A DNA stretch of 64,000 bases from the human T2T-CHM13v2.0 reference genome, Homo sapiens. Location: NCBI RefSeq assembly GCF_009914755.1, contig NC_060926.1; one strand, given 5' to 3'. The translations under genes and the position numbers were made by a program. This document shows, piece after piece, positions 24,682-37,219 of this stretch. Position 1 is the first letter of the stretch. Each line of letters begins with the position of its first letter. The notes beneath the pieces were generated by a model, which saw nothing but the letters and a program-made list of their open reading frames with translations, ran no database searches and was not told the origin of the DNA.

Positions 24682-27600
24682 CTGTGGAAAATAGCAAGAT
24701 GGATGTCAACACTCTTAGGTGCCCCTTTGCGTCAATAATTCATAGATATCCACAAGACAAGCTGGAAAGGATCGGAGTATAACCTGAGAGACAGAGAACC
24801 AAAAGTATTCAGTGATGTGTCCAGGGGCCACGGCCAGTTGGTAGCAGAGTCCCACTTTCACCCTGCTGGCCCTACCTCCCATATCCGTTTCCATGTGAAC
24901 AAAAACATGTAGCAGGTCCTGAGTGTTTAGGATTTTGTTTTCTTTCTGTTTGTGCTAGGAGAAGATAAGAACAGCAGAACCAAAACTGATTAGAGAACAA
25001 TGAGTCTGTGCTTTTATATCTAGAAGGAAGCAGCATATGTTGTTTGCACCGCATTATCTAGGGTTTAAGATTTTTAGGGCTCTTTCCCACAGGATAACTT
25101 GCATACGTTATGACTTAGAGTGGGCCCAAGAAGAGAGCCTTAGAGAAGTGCTGATCTTCAGGGTGATTCTCTTTGGCCAACCCAATTCAAATAGAGCCAA
25201 GGAGCCATAAGCCATGAAAAATGGGAAGAATTTTACAAGTCCCCTAGTCCCCAGCTACTGTTTCATGTTTTAATGCTTTCTTGTAGCCCCTTCTGTGCTG
25301 CCCTTTACCATAATTATATTGCTTTCTAGTATGTTTTTCTTGTGGCTCTTTATTTTAAATATTGCTATGTTACTCTACTTTAAGATAAACTATTAGTTCA
25401 GGTCTACTATTTAAAATGTTCTCAGTGTCTATTATGGACCAGACACCTTGGTAAATACGGAGGAACTAAAGACAAAGGAGACCATAGACCCCGAACTTGA
25501 AGAATTCAGTCTAGCAGGGTTGTGATCCCTTTTCATATAGAGATTCATTTTTCTGAACTTCTTTTAATTTCCTTTTTCTCCTACAATCTATATTTTAAGC
25601 TGTCAATATTTGGGGGAAAATATGTCCTTTCCCCCTCATTTTTGTCTATATTTTAGATGTTTTTGCTGCTCTCTTAACCTCTAAGAATAATTAACAGGTT
25701 GGAAAATGAAACTTATGAAAAAATACAACTGGAGCTGGGAGTTGACTTTGGAGATAAAGGAGAAACATTTTTCTTCACTGGGAGGGCTAGTAGGAAGGAA
25801 GGACTATCTAAAACTGGTGTTCATTTTCACAGAGAAAGAGATTTGAATTACAGAAAGTGATTTTGGTTTGATAGAAAGACTTAAAAAAAACTTGACAAGT
25901 ATCTATGATTAAACACTGAGAAGAGTTATTATGTAAAGTTATGGAATTCTTGGCTATTTTAAAAAATTGGATAGAAAGTAACTGAATTGGGCAGGATTAG
26001 CTATGATTTTAGAAATAGGAAACAACACCATTGGACTCCTCAAAGTTCCTTCCTTTCCTGCAGTTTCTCCAAGGGTAGTTTAAATGCATCCTCTTTCTCC
26101 AAGTAGAAGACAGACATGTCTGTATTCTTTCTTCATGGTTTTCCTCTCACTCATTATCTTTTAACATTGAACATAAAGAAATTTCTCAAATGAGGTGTCT
26201 ATAATTTCTGCCTCAGTAGGGTGAGGCTTGACAAAGGAATTAGCATATCCAAAGTCAGCATTAGAAAAATATAGGATCAGAGTTCCTTCTTCTGCAGAAA
26301 TGGCTAACAGACCTCAGAGGGCTTGCTATGAATTCCAGAAAGACTCTTCCTGATTACGGCTTTTGTTCTTATTTAAAGAGGCAGTTTATAATTTCTTTTA
26401 ATATTTTATGAAACATGGCAAAATATAAGTGAACCTAAAAAGATACTGCTGGAGTTTTAAGTCACTTATCTGCAGATTTTCACTGAGAAGTATGATTTGT
26501 TATTCACAGACGTTTGAACCTGTTTAAAATGCAAAACAATAATATCTTAGCAAACTGGGATTTAAAGATTGGGCCAGTAATGCTAAGCAAACTTCCGGAA
26601 TACCTATATAAATGGTCTGGTGATGCTGATGCTTTTCTCTGTCTAGTCTGCTGCTAGCCAGTTAATGTAGAAATCTTTCTTTCGAGAAGGCAAGAACTGA
26701 TAAGACTGAAGTTACATGTTATGCTCACACATTTTGTGCCAAGAAAGCTTACAGAATTTCTGCCTATGTTTAACAGCTCTCTTCTTTCCAAATTATATAT
26801 AATAAATTGGTTTTTAAATGACAATGGTGAATCACATGCAATAAATTATGGAGGATTATATTTTTTCTTCAGGGCTCAAGAAAAAATAATTACCTTATCA
26901 GAAATGAACGAAGTGTATACTCTTAGAGGCTTCCTTGATTATAATTTACTTTTTAATTAAAATCTGAAGATACATAATTAGCTTGTTTAAACAGCAGTAT
27001 AAAAAATGAGGAGTTCAAAGGGGAAATCCTGGTTAGTGGTCGTAATCAAATGAACATCCTTGTAGACACTTTCTAAATATAGCTTGGAAAGAATCTGCAC
27101 TTGGTTGCCTTGGAAAATGTTGCTATAGTTGCAAGACACATTTCTGGAAATGTATGAACAGAAAGTAAACTTTCACTTTGCTCTGAGTAGACAATTTTCC
27201 TAGAGTCAACTTTTGACCTCAATCTTAGTAGGAACAGAGTCCATTTAATTTGTTCTCTTTTCATTTTAGTTTGGCCTAAATGTGCTCCTCTGTTGGATTC
27301 AGCATCACAAATGTTAGGAATATGAGTGAGTGACATGTCCTATTGATGGTGAAACTAAAATTTGTGGGGGTTTAGTAGTTTGAACTGCAGCAGCAACAAG
27401 TCACACATTGCATATTAATGCAATATATCATCTTAAAAATCATTAAGGAATGAAATTTGCAGTGAATGAAGTTTTAGAATTCCCCATTGGTTAAAGATAT
27501 TAATTAGCCAGGCTAACCATGTGTTACACTGATTGAAGCTATATGATATCAATTCAATTGACATGCATATTTAGCTGTACATTTTCAAGATAATTATTAT

Positions 27601-28469
27601 TTGAATAGAGATTGCCCTGTAAATTTTTAAAAATTAGAATATATAGATACTAAATTTGTTAGAATATAATTTTTTGTGTTTATGGAAAAGCTAATTAAAA
27701 ATAATTGGAAGGCGTAGCAAAGAAAAGTATATGAAGAAGGGCATGAGAATTCATTGTCAGTGAGAGTCATTATAAAGTCAGAAAATCCCCAAATTATATA
27801 TTTAATAATTCGCCACTTGAGACTCTAAAACTCAAGGGGAAAACAACAAGCATTCTTATTAGGTTCACATTATGTTGACCTTTGGAGATAGCAGAGATGG
27901 TTCAGCAAGCTCTTCAGAACTTGTGACTTCCATGATACAACCTGTTTCTATTTTTAGCACTTCCCAGAATCCATTTTCATAAATAACTAAAATGGGACAT
28001 TTGGTAATCACATTTAATATTCCATTCTTCCATTGTGATAAATGAGGTACTATTTCCACTCACTTCATCAAGATTTTAGATTGTCCAGAGAACACTTGCA
28101 TATATTCTTAGCTTACTTCAATGTGGGGTCATGAAAAAAGTGGGTGCTACAAGACAGGAAAAGCAACTCTGGAAAAATATAAAGCCTAAGTATCCTAGAT
28201 TTAATAAAACCTTTGTAGCTGAATATGGTACTTGGGAATAATGATGATAAGTAATATTTACTTACTCTGTACTAATGTACTAATTTTGCTATCCTACCAG
28301 GCCTAGAACATCCTATTTTTCCTTTTCTGTTAATATTCTTTTGATGCTTTATTATGCCTTCCTAATCTTTACATTTTTATACATCCAGGGATATATTAAA
28401 TTATTAAAACTTGAAAAATAAAACCTGTGAGAAAATACTAACAGTTGGGGATTTTATTTCAGAAAAAGT

Positions 28470-28630
28470 AATTTACATGTTATCTTAATAACCATAACCT
28501 CGTTGGTTAGATAATATTATTCCTCTTTTAAAGATGCATAAACTGAGTCTTGGTGGGTTTGGTCAAATCATTTACCCAAAGACATAAAGGGAGCAAGTGG
28601 CAGAGCTGCACTTGGAACCCAAGCAGTCGT
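28470..28630 (-). mobile_element. MIR fragment
   Basis: cttaataaccataacc...attattcctcttttaaagatgcataaactgag...tttacccaaag...gtggcagagctg...gaacccaagcagtc. Confidence 0.6.
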
Positions 28631-29347
28631 TACTGGTACCACTTACTAGCTAGACCTATAGATCTAGCCTCTGGTATGCTAAAATAGTTGTTCTTCCATG
28701 TAATAGTTCTTTAAATTTTCCTGAATTTCTCATTTTTTAGCATGAAATCTGCATCTACTAATCAAGCATTATTACCCAACTCGTGCACATTTTCTACAAC
28801 AAAATCTGTACATTTGGGTATTCCTTTTGGAAATAAAAATAAAAATAAAATAAAGACCATACTTTATTTCAGGGCATTTCTCCACTCTTTCTCATATTCT
28901 CTGTAAAATTAAATTTTGATTGGCATGTATTATAGTGTGATTGCATTGGCCCTTCATACTATAATATTATAGGGTTGGGGGTGAGAAATGGGTACAGAAG
29001 ATACATATAAAGAACCAATTGATTAACTGTCTTAAAATATTCATGGGTCCTCTCTCCCCATTGAAATTACTACAACAGACTTTCCCACAGTTTTCTACCC
29101 GACATTTTATTAAGTCTGGTTGGTCACGAAAACCTCTCACTCTATAAGTGTTTGGGAATAATTACCACTTGTTTTAGAATAGTGCAAACACTTCATGGAT
29201 GATCTGAAATCTGAACGCTTCGCGAACATTTCATGAAGTTGAGAACAATTAGATTAACATGTGTCAGTACAGTTCTTAATTTGTAAAAAGTCACCATTTT
29301 GTGATTAGCACTGAAGAGAGACCACCTGATGTCTAACTCTGGATTAC

Positions 29348-29599
29348 CTTTGCAAGAGTGACTTCTTTTATCTATGTGCATTCTTCCTGAGGTGGGCACT
29401 GTTTCTTCAAAATCGAGCCCAGATGCTTTCCCTATTCCTGGAGAAGAGTCTACTATTCCTGAGAAGAGCGGCTTTTGTTCATCATCAATGGAGGAGATGA
29501 AAGATGAGGATCTGCTTTTTTTCTCTTCAAAGTGTCTCTTGGAACTCTGATAATGTCTTATGGTATCTGCAGAGTCTTCAGGATCATTTGTACTGTTTT
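29348..29599 (-). CDS. KCNH7: KCNH7 coding exon, 252 nt ([17 protein letters not shown]...KRSHSCK)
   Basis: Acceptor ggcaaag|AA, donor G|gtaatc; phase 1-1. Lies inside ORF 29193-29618. Confidence 0.93.
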
Positions 29600-32500
29600 C
29601 TTTGCCAAAATATATCAAAGAAAAGTTATTTTATAGCAGACAATTAAATGTGAGACGGTATGCATATTACACTACCTAGCTATATATATAAACTAGCTTT
29701 TTCCTATTGAAAATGTAGCTACTTGGGTACTCAATTTTTTAAATTCAAGGGTTATTAGATTATCTTAGTAAAGTAAATTATTCATTTCAAAATTAAAAGA
29801 ATATTTACAATGGTAATAATGTTTATGTCTCAGACGAAAACTATGATAACTTACAAACTTGTTTATATGTTCAAGTTATTTGTATTCTGAGAATCTGGTA
29901 CACTCTTTCTTTAGGGAAATGAAAAAGACAAGGGAAAATGTGTCCCAATTTTAAAATATCACCACTATGCAACTTGCTATTTGTTTATTTTTAATCTACA
30001 TGCCCTATTATCTGTTTTAGCTGCTCATGCATTGCAAAGGTCAAAATTGGAAGCCTCCTTGTAGTAAAAGGCTGGCAGGCTGAATTTCAACCTTAGTCTG
30101 ATGCATGTAATGGCCTTGGCATTCCAGGCAGTTTGGTTGTGTAGCATAATGCAAAGAATATAAAGCTTAAATACAGTAATTAAGGTAGGTTTTACCTAAT
30201 TACATTAAAGCTGGTAGTGCATATTGGCTGTTTTATACTGAAATGTCAGGATAATTTCAGTCCTGAAGGTTGTGTTAGAACATATTTCAGCAGGAAAAAC
30301 TCAAAGAGACAAATCCCAGAACTTGTTTCTATTAGTGTCCTGGGGAGACAGTATAATTCTCCATCTGGTTTCTGCTAATAACTAACCAACAAAACGCCAG
30401 AAGGTATATCATTTTCTGGAGAAATGGTGAAGACAGTGTCTCCATCCACTCTACGCCTCAGTGTGCTTACTTGGTTATTTATAGAAGGCCAAATGAACCG
30501 ATGGAAGGCCATGCCAGAGAAACTTCCAACTGTTTTTAAAAATTCCCATATGGCATAGAAATTCAACAAAGATTTTTTCCCTTTATTTTTTTAAATCATA
30601 ATTTAAAATATGAGAAGCCAGAAAGCAGCCCAAGGTAAAAGCAGATAGAGTTTAAAAATCAGTGTTATGCGAAATTGTTATTGAGGAGTTCATGTTTTGT
30701 CAATTAAAGTTGAATCTAGCAAATGCAGATTGCTTATTTTCTTTAAGATTTCACACTTGCTCAGTGATTTCATCATTGCTGAGAAAGCCATGGACCTTTC
30801 CGATCTCCAACATTACAGACATCATTGATTACTTACTGTTACTTGTATATCCCTACTCAATCACTAATCTAATTGGTTGTAAATATTCGGATCAAATCTT
30901 CTTACAAAAAGCCTTTTCTCTTCAGTGTCATTGGCACAGACCTCCTTAAACCTCTAAAATTCCATCTTGCCATCTTCTTTCCAATTTTCTTTGTTTTTAA
31001 CTTCTTCCCTTCTCTAAAGCCCTCTGAAAATTTGATCAACATTCTCTACTTTTTGAACATATCATTTTATTCCTCAAAACATAATAGTTATAAAGATTAG
31101 CCTAGTAAATGTGAAAAAAACGAAAGTTTCATTTTTCTAAATTATCCTCATACCTGCTTAGTGAATTGCACCAGTTTGCTCTTCCTAAGTAAACCTTCTT
31201 GTGATCTGTCACTTGGGAACCAGAGATATTTGAATCAGCTCAGGCCTCCTATTTTCTCGAAAATGATTTTCATTTCTACACTTTTGTGGAGTGTTTTCCA
31301 GCAGCATCAAATGCAAGCTGAATTAACCATTAATTCATGTGCCTCCAATCAAGGTCTGGATAATGCTAACATGGATATTTGCAATGAATTTACATCACAA
31401 ATTAATAAACCATTTTGTATCTTTGGCTGGAGAGGTCTTGGGGAATCCTTACACATGGTAGAATGTTCTGTTTTACCTACCATGCTGGGCTTCAGTCTTA
31501 GTTTACTAACTTTGGCTTGATTTTGGATGCTTATGAACAAGATTCACCAGTTAACATGTATTGTTAAGTTGAATGATAACTTGCTGATTTCACCTTGGAC
31601 ATGTGTTTACAAAATGTGGTCAGTGAGGAATTACTATTATTTAGTTGTATAGTAAAATGGAGAAAATTACTTCATATACATAGGACAGAATTCTTTAGCA
31701 AAAATTTCAGGTAAAAGCAGAATCAGGTAAAAGAAGAAGAAAAAAATTTGATATCCTTGAATTTTCCCCATTGGTAAGGAGAAAAAAAAACCCACCTTTA
31801 TTTCTGTATTAGTTGCTACTGGACTATCACCCAAGCCATATGAACAATTTCTTTGATACAAACCCACTGAAACAGCATTTTTCCATTCCATACTAGATAA
31901 ATTAAAGCTTCATTTTCTGTCACATAAAATGAAAGTTGAAATGACAATCTATTTGTAGATTAAAAATGGAAACTGTTCAGGCTTTGGCTGGAAAATTGGC
32001 TGATGTAATATGTACATGAAATTGGGCAGCTGAAATGCATTATAATTAGCCTCCAGGTACTTCTAAATTTTGATGGACTGTACTATTTTTGCCTTTTTCC
32101 AGTTAAACTGAATTATTTGATAGACATTAAATAGTATCAGGTACTTTTTTTTTCTTAATTCTATTTATATTCTATGTAGAAATAATATTCTAAGGGCAGT
32201 TATCTGATTGCATAATCTTTCCTGTTACCATCATTTTATATAAAGAAAAAGTCTTGCCTGTTTAATTCAACCACAGATTTGCTTCTGATTCAGAAGATGA
32301 AAAACTTTTTTTCTCCCTTGTTTCTTTAGGTGGACAGTTCGTCTCCTCCCGCTTTTTTACAGAACACAATTCTAAAGCATTTGTGACTTGTCTTATGGGT
32401 GTCTCTCTGAGTTTAGAATGTATTCAAGAGCATAGAATAAGTGTCCTAATGGAACGACTGACCCATTTATCTTAAGAATGATAATATAATAATCTTTTCT

Positions 32501-32864
32501 TTCAAAAAACCTGGAATTAACATTTGTGCTCACTCCATCTTTTATGGAGTCTTTCTCTCAGTTTACCATTTCTATTTGTCGAACCCAACAGGGAAACATA
32601 AGCTTTGGTCAAAGAGAAGCATTTAAGGTGCTCTCTCAGCATTTGAGTTTTAGATTTCCCACTGCTGACAAGAAATAAGTTGAGCAATTCCCAGCCAGAT
32701 GCCTTGAAAAAATTATTACATTGGAAAATTGGAGTCTAAAATAAATTTTTTCATTTAAGATCACATACTTTAGGCCTCCTATAGCTCTAAAGGGTATTGA
32801 AAGAGGCCTAGATGAATACTTTTTTATACAAATACAAAAATTAACAATTTAAAAAATTAAAATA

Positions 32865-33190
32865 AAGAAAAGATGGATATTGGTTTAAAGGTAAAAAGTT
32901 TCAGATATGCAGAATGAATAAATTCTGGAGCTCTATTCTACAGTATGGTAACAATAGTAAATGTATTATATACTTAGAAGTTGCTAAGAGATTAGACCTT
33001 AAATGTTCTCCCCACATAAACACACACACACACACACACAGAGTTAACTATGTGAGTGATGAGTGTGTTAAATTAGCTTGAATATTGTAATCATTTCATA
33101 ATGTATACAAATATGAAAAAAATCACTTTGTATACCATAAATATGTACAACTTTTACATGTCAATTATACTTCAATAAAGCTTGAAAAGA
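32865..33190 (+). mobile_element. L1 3' end (L1MA/L1MB-like) with internal (CA)n
   Basis: aaaagtttcag...aataaattctggag...gttgctaagagattagaccttaaatgttctc...gtcaattatacttcaataaagc. Confidence 0.8.
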
Positions 33191-34899
33191 TCAAAAGATA
33201 CTTTTATAGATCACTAAAATGGATAACAAAAAGCTAATCATTGTTTGCTATTGAAGAAGATATTTCAAAGACATACCAAAGTATAATACCAATATATTGA
33301 AATAATCTAATAAAACCAGAATAGAATTATCACTATTCTATAAAAATAAGTTTATCACTGAATACATTTACCCCTTCAATAATTTTCACAGGAGCTATTT
33401 TATTTTGAAGAAACACTTTTAAAACTGACTGGCTTTTGGATGGCAATGGAAAATCACTAAACCAGTATTACAAAGTGATAGTGTTTATTGCTATCCTTTG
33501 AAATGCAAAATGTAATGAGTTCAGTACACTTCCACTCTATTTTCTAGCACATTGGATTTTTCCTGTGGAGTATATATCGAAGAGCTCATTTTAATAAAAT
33601 TATATGGCTAGGGAAATGAGTAAAGTTTTCTTCCCTACTCTTAGGATGTGTGTATCTCTTGAAAAGGGTTCTTGTTTGTCATCATGCATGCAGAACCATC
33701 TGCGTCCAATCTTTCACCTTGATTTCCATCTCTTCGGTTGTTACAGGCACATCTTTAACACTGTTTGAATGTTTCACTCTGGTGGCTTTTTTTGTTTTGT
33801 TTGTCTTTTTGTTTTGTTTTGTTTTTCGTGCTTGGCAGTTTGTTCTTTAAAATGGAGCATATTGTGATAATCTATTAGCAAAAGTAAGAGGGTCTTCGGA
33901 GCTCTGAGAATTGTTTCTCAGCTTTTGGAAATCAAGAGGGTAAGAATATTTCCAGGTTAGGAAGGAAAAGCTCAGCATTCTTTAACTACACAGGCCAATG
34001 TCCCTTTTGACATTGCTAAGGCTAAGAAAAATTATTTTCTTTCTGACGCAATCATTTTTTCAAGTCCTATATAATTGAGGCTACTTGCCGACTTTATTCT
34101 TGAACATTATTCTTTATGCTTTTGGAAAAGGAAGCAGGAAAAGGTATAGAGAAGGGATATTTGGAAGAGTGGGTTCAGATACTTCTGCAGAGTTCTGATG
34201 AGGAACGGGAGGCAGAGGAATCAATGCCAAATCTGTTGTTTTGGGAGAGGTGACCTCAGGTGACATCAATGCTTTAGTTAAAAAATATACCAATAGGATT
34301 TCTCTTAAAATGTATAATATCAGCAAGAACTAATTTTCACAATATTTGAGGCGTTTCCACGCAATAAAACCAATAGAGTAAAAAGTTTCCTCTTCCAGGT
34401 CCTCTTTTTTCTACTCATGACTTGGCACAAAATAGTAAAAATAATTTCCTCAGAATTCTGTAGAAACACTTTTTTCTGCTAAATTAACTAGAAAATATAA
34501 TGAAAATTGAAGAGGGAAAGTATGCAGACACTAACTACAATTCAGAGGGAATTTCTATTTGTCTCCTTGTTAACCAATGAAGAATTTTCTCTAAAACTTT
34601 AAGACAAACTTTTGAAACTAAAGTAGAAATAAACATGAAAAAACTCAGGGCACTTAGCACACAGTGGGTACTCAATGACAATGGACTCCAAATGAATGGG
34701 TGATTGTTTGTGCCTGGTTACACTGCTGTCCTCATTGGATTATTCTCTGCCAAAAGGTCATCCCCTAATTAGCTATTAATAGCCACTTTGATACTGTATT
34801 TTCTGTCAACAGAAAGCGTTGAGCAGAACACTGCAAATATTTGGTCTTATAAGCCCTGTAAGTAAACATACATAAATGTATGTGTGTAGTGTATAATCG

Positions 34900-34986
34900 C
34901 ATTATATATATATACACACACACACACACATATTTATATATTTTATAATATATAAATTATGTATATACATATGTATATGTATATAT
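34900..34986. repeat. (TA)n/(CA)n low-complexity microsatellite
   Basis: attatatatatatacacacacacacacacatatttatata... Confidence 0.8.
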
Positions 34987-36933
34987 CCTGTGCCATTATA
35001 CATGCTATTTTACAAATATACCCTGTATATTATACAGTGAACACAACATAAAATTTTAGAAGAATTATTACTTCTATGACCTAATGGATCTGGCTCACAC
35101 TGGAGTAGGCACAGTTCAACTTTTAAGACCAAGTAAATAGAGACGATTTTTCAGCATTTTTCTCATTTACTTCTCTTCTGCCCAGCCATCTTAACAATGC
35201 TCATGGCCACTGAGCAGGTCATTGAAGCCTCATTTTTATTCTTCACTTTCTGTAATAATATTTTACTTCCATCTCAGGAGCTGTAGCAATTCTTCCTACA
35301 ATAAACATTGTCATATTGGGGAGGTCCTGGGCACCTCCATGCCAGAATTTTAGGAAGAAAAGATAACTACTTGAAGATACCTTTAAAAATACAAGGTGCT
35401 CTCAAATTTCTACCTGCACTTACAAGTCTCTCCTGTAGGGAAGTGGGATTTTTCCTTAGAAAAAAAATGTATAGCTCATGAGAACAAGCCACCGTCATCA
35501 ACAAATTCATTATATATTCAATATAAGTATATATTTTGTTTTTCAGCTTTCCAGAGGCTGTACATATTTCATTGAAAAATTATATCTTATTCAATGTGAG
35601 CTCTTTAGAACCTTGTGGGAGGCATAATTGGAAGCGGAGTGGCAGGCGGCAGGTGTGGATCAAAGCCGGCAAATTTGCATTGTTCCACTCAGTGGGTAGG
35701 GAGTGGCAATCCAGGACTCAACCTCTGTCTGCTGCTAGTGCCCAGAAACACAGTCTTCTCTCTGGTTCTTGATGCCACTGCTGATTTACAGGCAACAGCA
35801 CTCTTGAATGCCTGCCTTCAAGGTTTCCTTTCATATGAGCAATGAACTAACACTACAAAAATGAATGCATTTCAAGGGAAGATTTCAGTTTCTGTATCCA
35901 CAAATCGTTTAGCATGAATGATCCCCTGAAAGTTCTCTGTTCTTTATATTATGTGTATTTTTCTCCTATATATTGACGCTACATCAAGAAGTATATGATG
36001 AATGCTCACCTTAAGAGAATTAGATTTGGATGACAGGGACTAAATTGCTTTCAGCAAATTTTACAATTGCCCACAGCACCCTGGCTTCCTAAAGACTTTG
36101 GAATAGGCTCTTGGGCTCTGGTTAACTGGAGTTAATTGTGTTTTCACATTGACCAACTCATGGTTACTTACTGGCACAACCAGGAAACTTCAAAGAGCTG
36201 CAGGCAGAAAATCCCTTAGCATCTACACTTTATACGAATTTGATCTCATATACCAAGCCTGTGATTAAAGGCATAGTATTCAAAATCAACAGAAATGTCT
36301 AGTTACATGAGCACAGTACAAATTGTGACATTGCTCTCAGGGCCTTATCAGGCGATAAAAACATTAGATAATTTAGCTTAAGAATGAGGAAACTGAACAA
36401 GATTGAAAGGAGATTTAATAAATCTTCAACTATGTGGAAGACATTATTATATTGACAACATTGTTAACCTGTTGTTCATTTCCAGTAAGACAAACATAAG
36501 AGATGAACTTCAGGATAAGGGATTTAGATTAACTCTGTGGAAGAACAGCTTAATAGTAGTGGTTCTGATTTTAGAAAAAGTCACCAAGAAAATAATTAAA
36601 GACATTGCAGAACAAAATTATCAACTATCTATGAGTAGTCTATTGTTCTACAGTCAGCCAGAGGAATCAATAATTAGTCCAATTCAAGAAATATTTATCA
36701 ACCATTCTTTGCTAAAGTTATCTACAGTTTGGCAAAGGCAAAGGAAAAAAATACACCAGTAGCCATCATATTTTGACAATATTATAAGAAGTAAGTGCTT
36801 TGAGAATTCATAAGAGAAAGAGAAGCTTTACATTTGAGGAGCTCAAGAAACAATTCACATTAAATATATCATTTGAGATTGACTTTGATAAAAAAAGTAA
36901 TTTTAGTGGATGAAACTGGTGTGGTATGAATTC

Positions 36934-36972
36934 GTGTGTGTGTGTGTGTGCGCATGTGTGTGTATGTGTGTG
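36934..36972. repeat. (TG)n microsatellite, interrupted
   Basis: gtgtgtgtgtgtgtgtgcgcatgtgtgtgtatgtgtgtgt. Confidence 0.85.
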
Positions 36973-37219
36973 TTTTTGAGGACAAGGAAGCAAATTAATT
37001 AAGGGAATATTATAAGGAAAACCACAGAAACAATGTACATGGAGGAGTGGGCAGTTTGTTTCAATTGAAATGTGGAGCAAGATAAAGCTAGTAGATGATC
37101 TCTTCTAGAAAGAGTATTCATTGAGGAGAAAAGAGAGTGAAAAAAAGAACTTGGCATAAGAAGGCAAGAAAAGGGAAAAGAATAAAAAGGAAGATGCTCA
37201 AATTCTATTTCAGTTACTC

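Noticed and set aside
32305-32335. Strong + strand acceptor (tttttttctcccttgtttctttag|G)
   Set aside because: Likely just the complement of the purine-rich minus-strand candidate exon; no convincing + strand exon defined.
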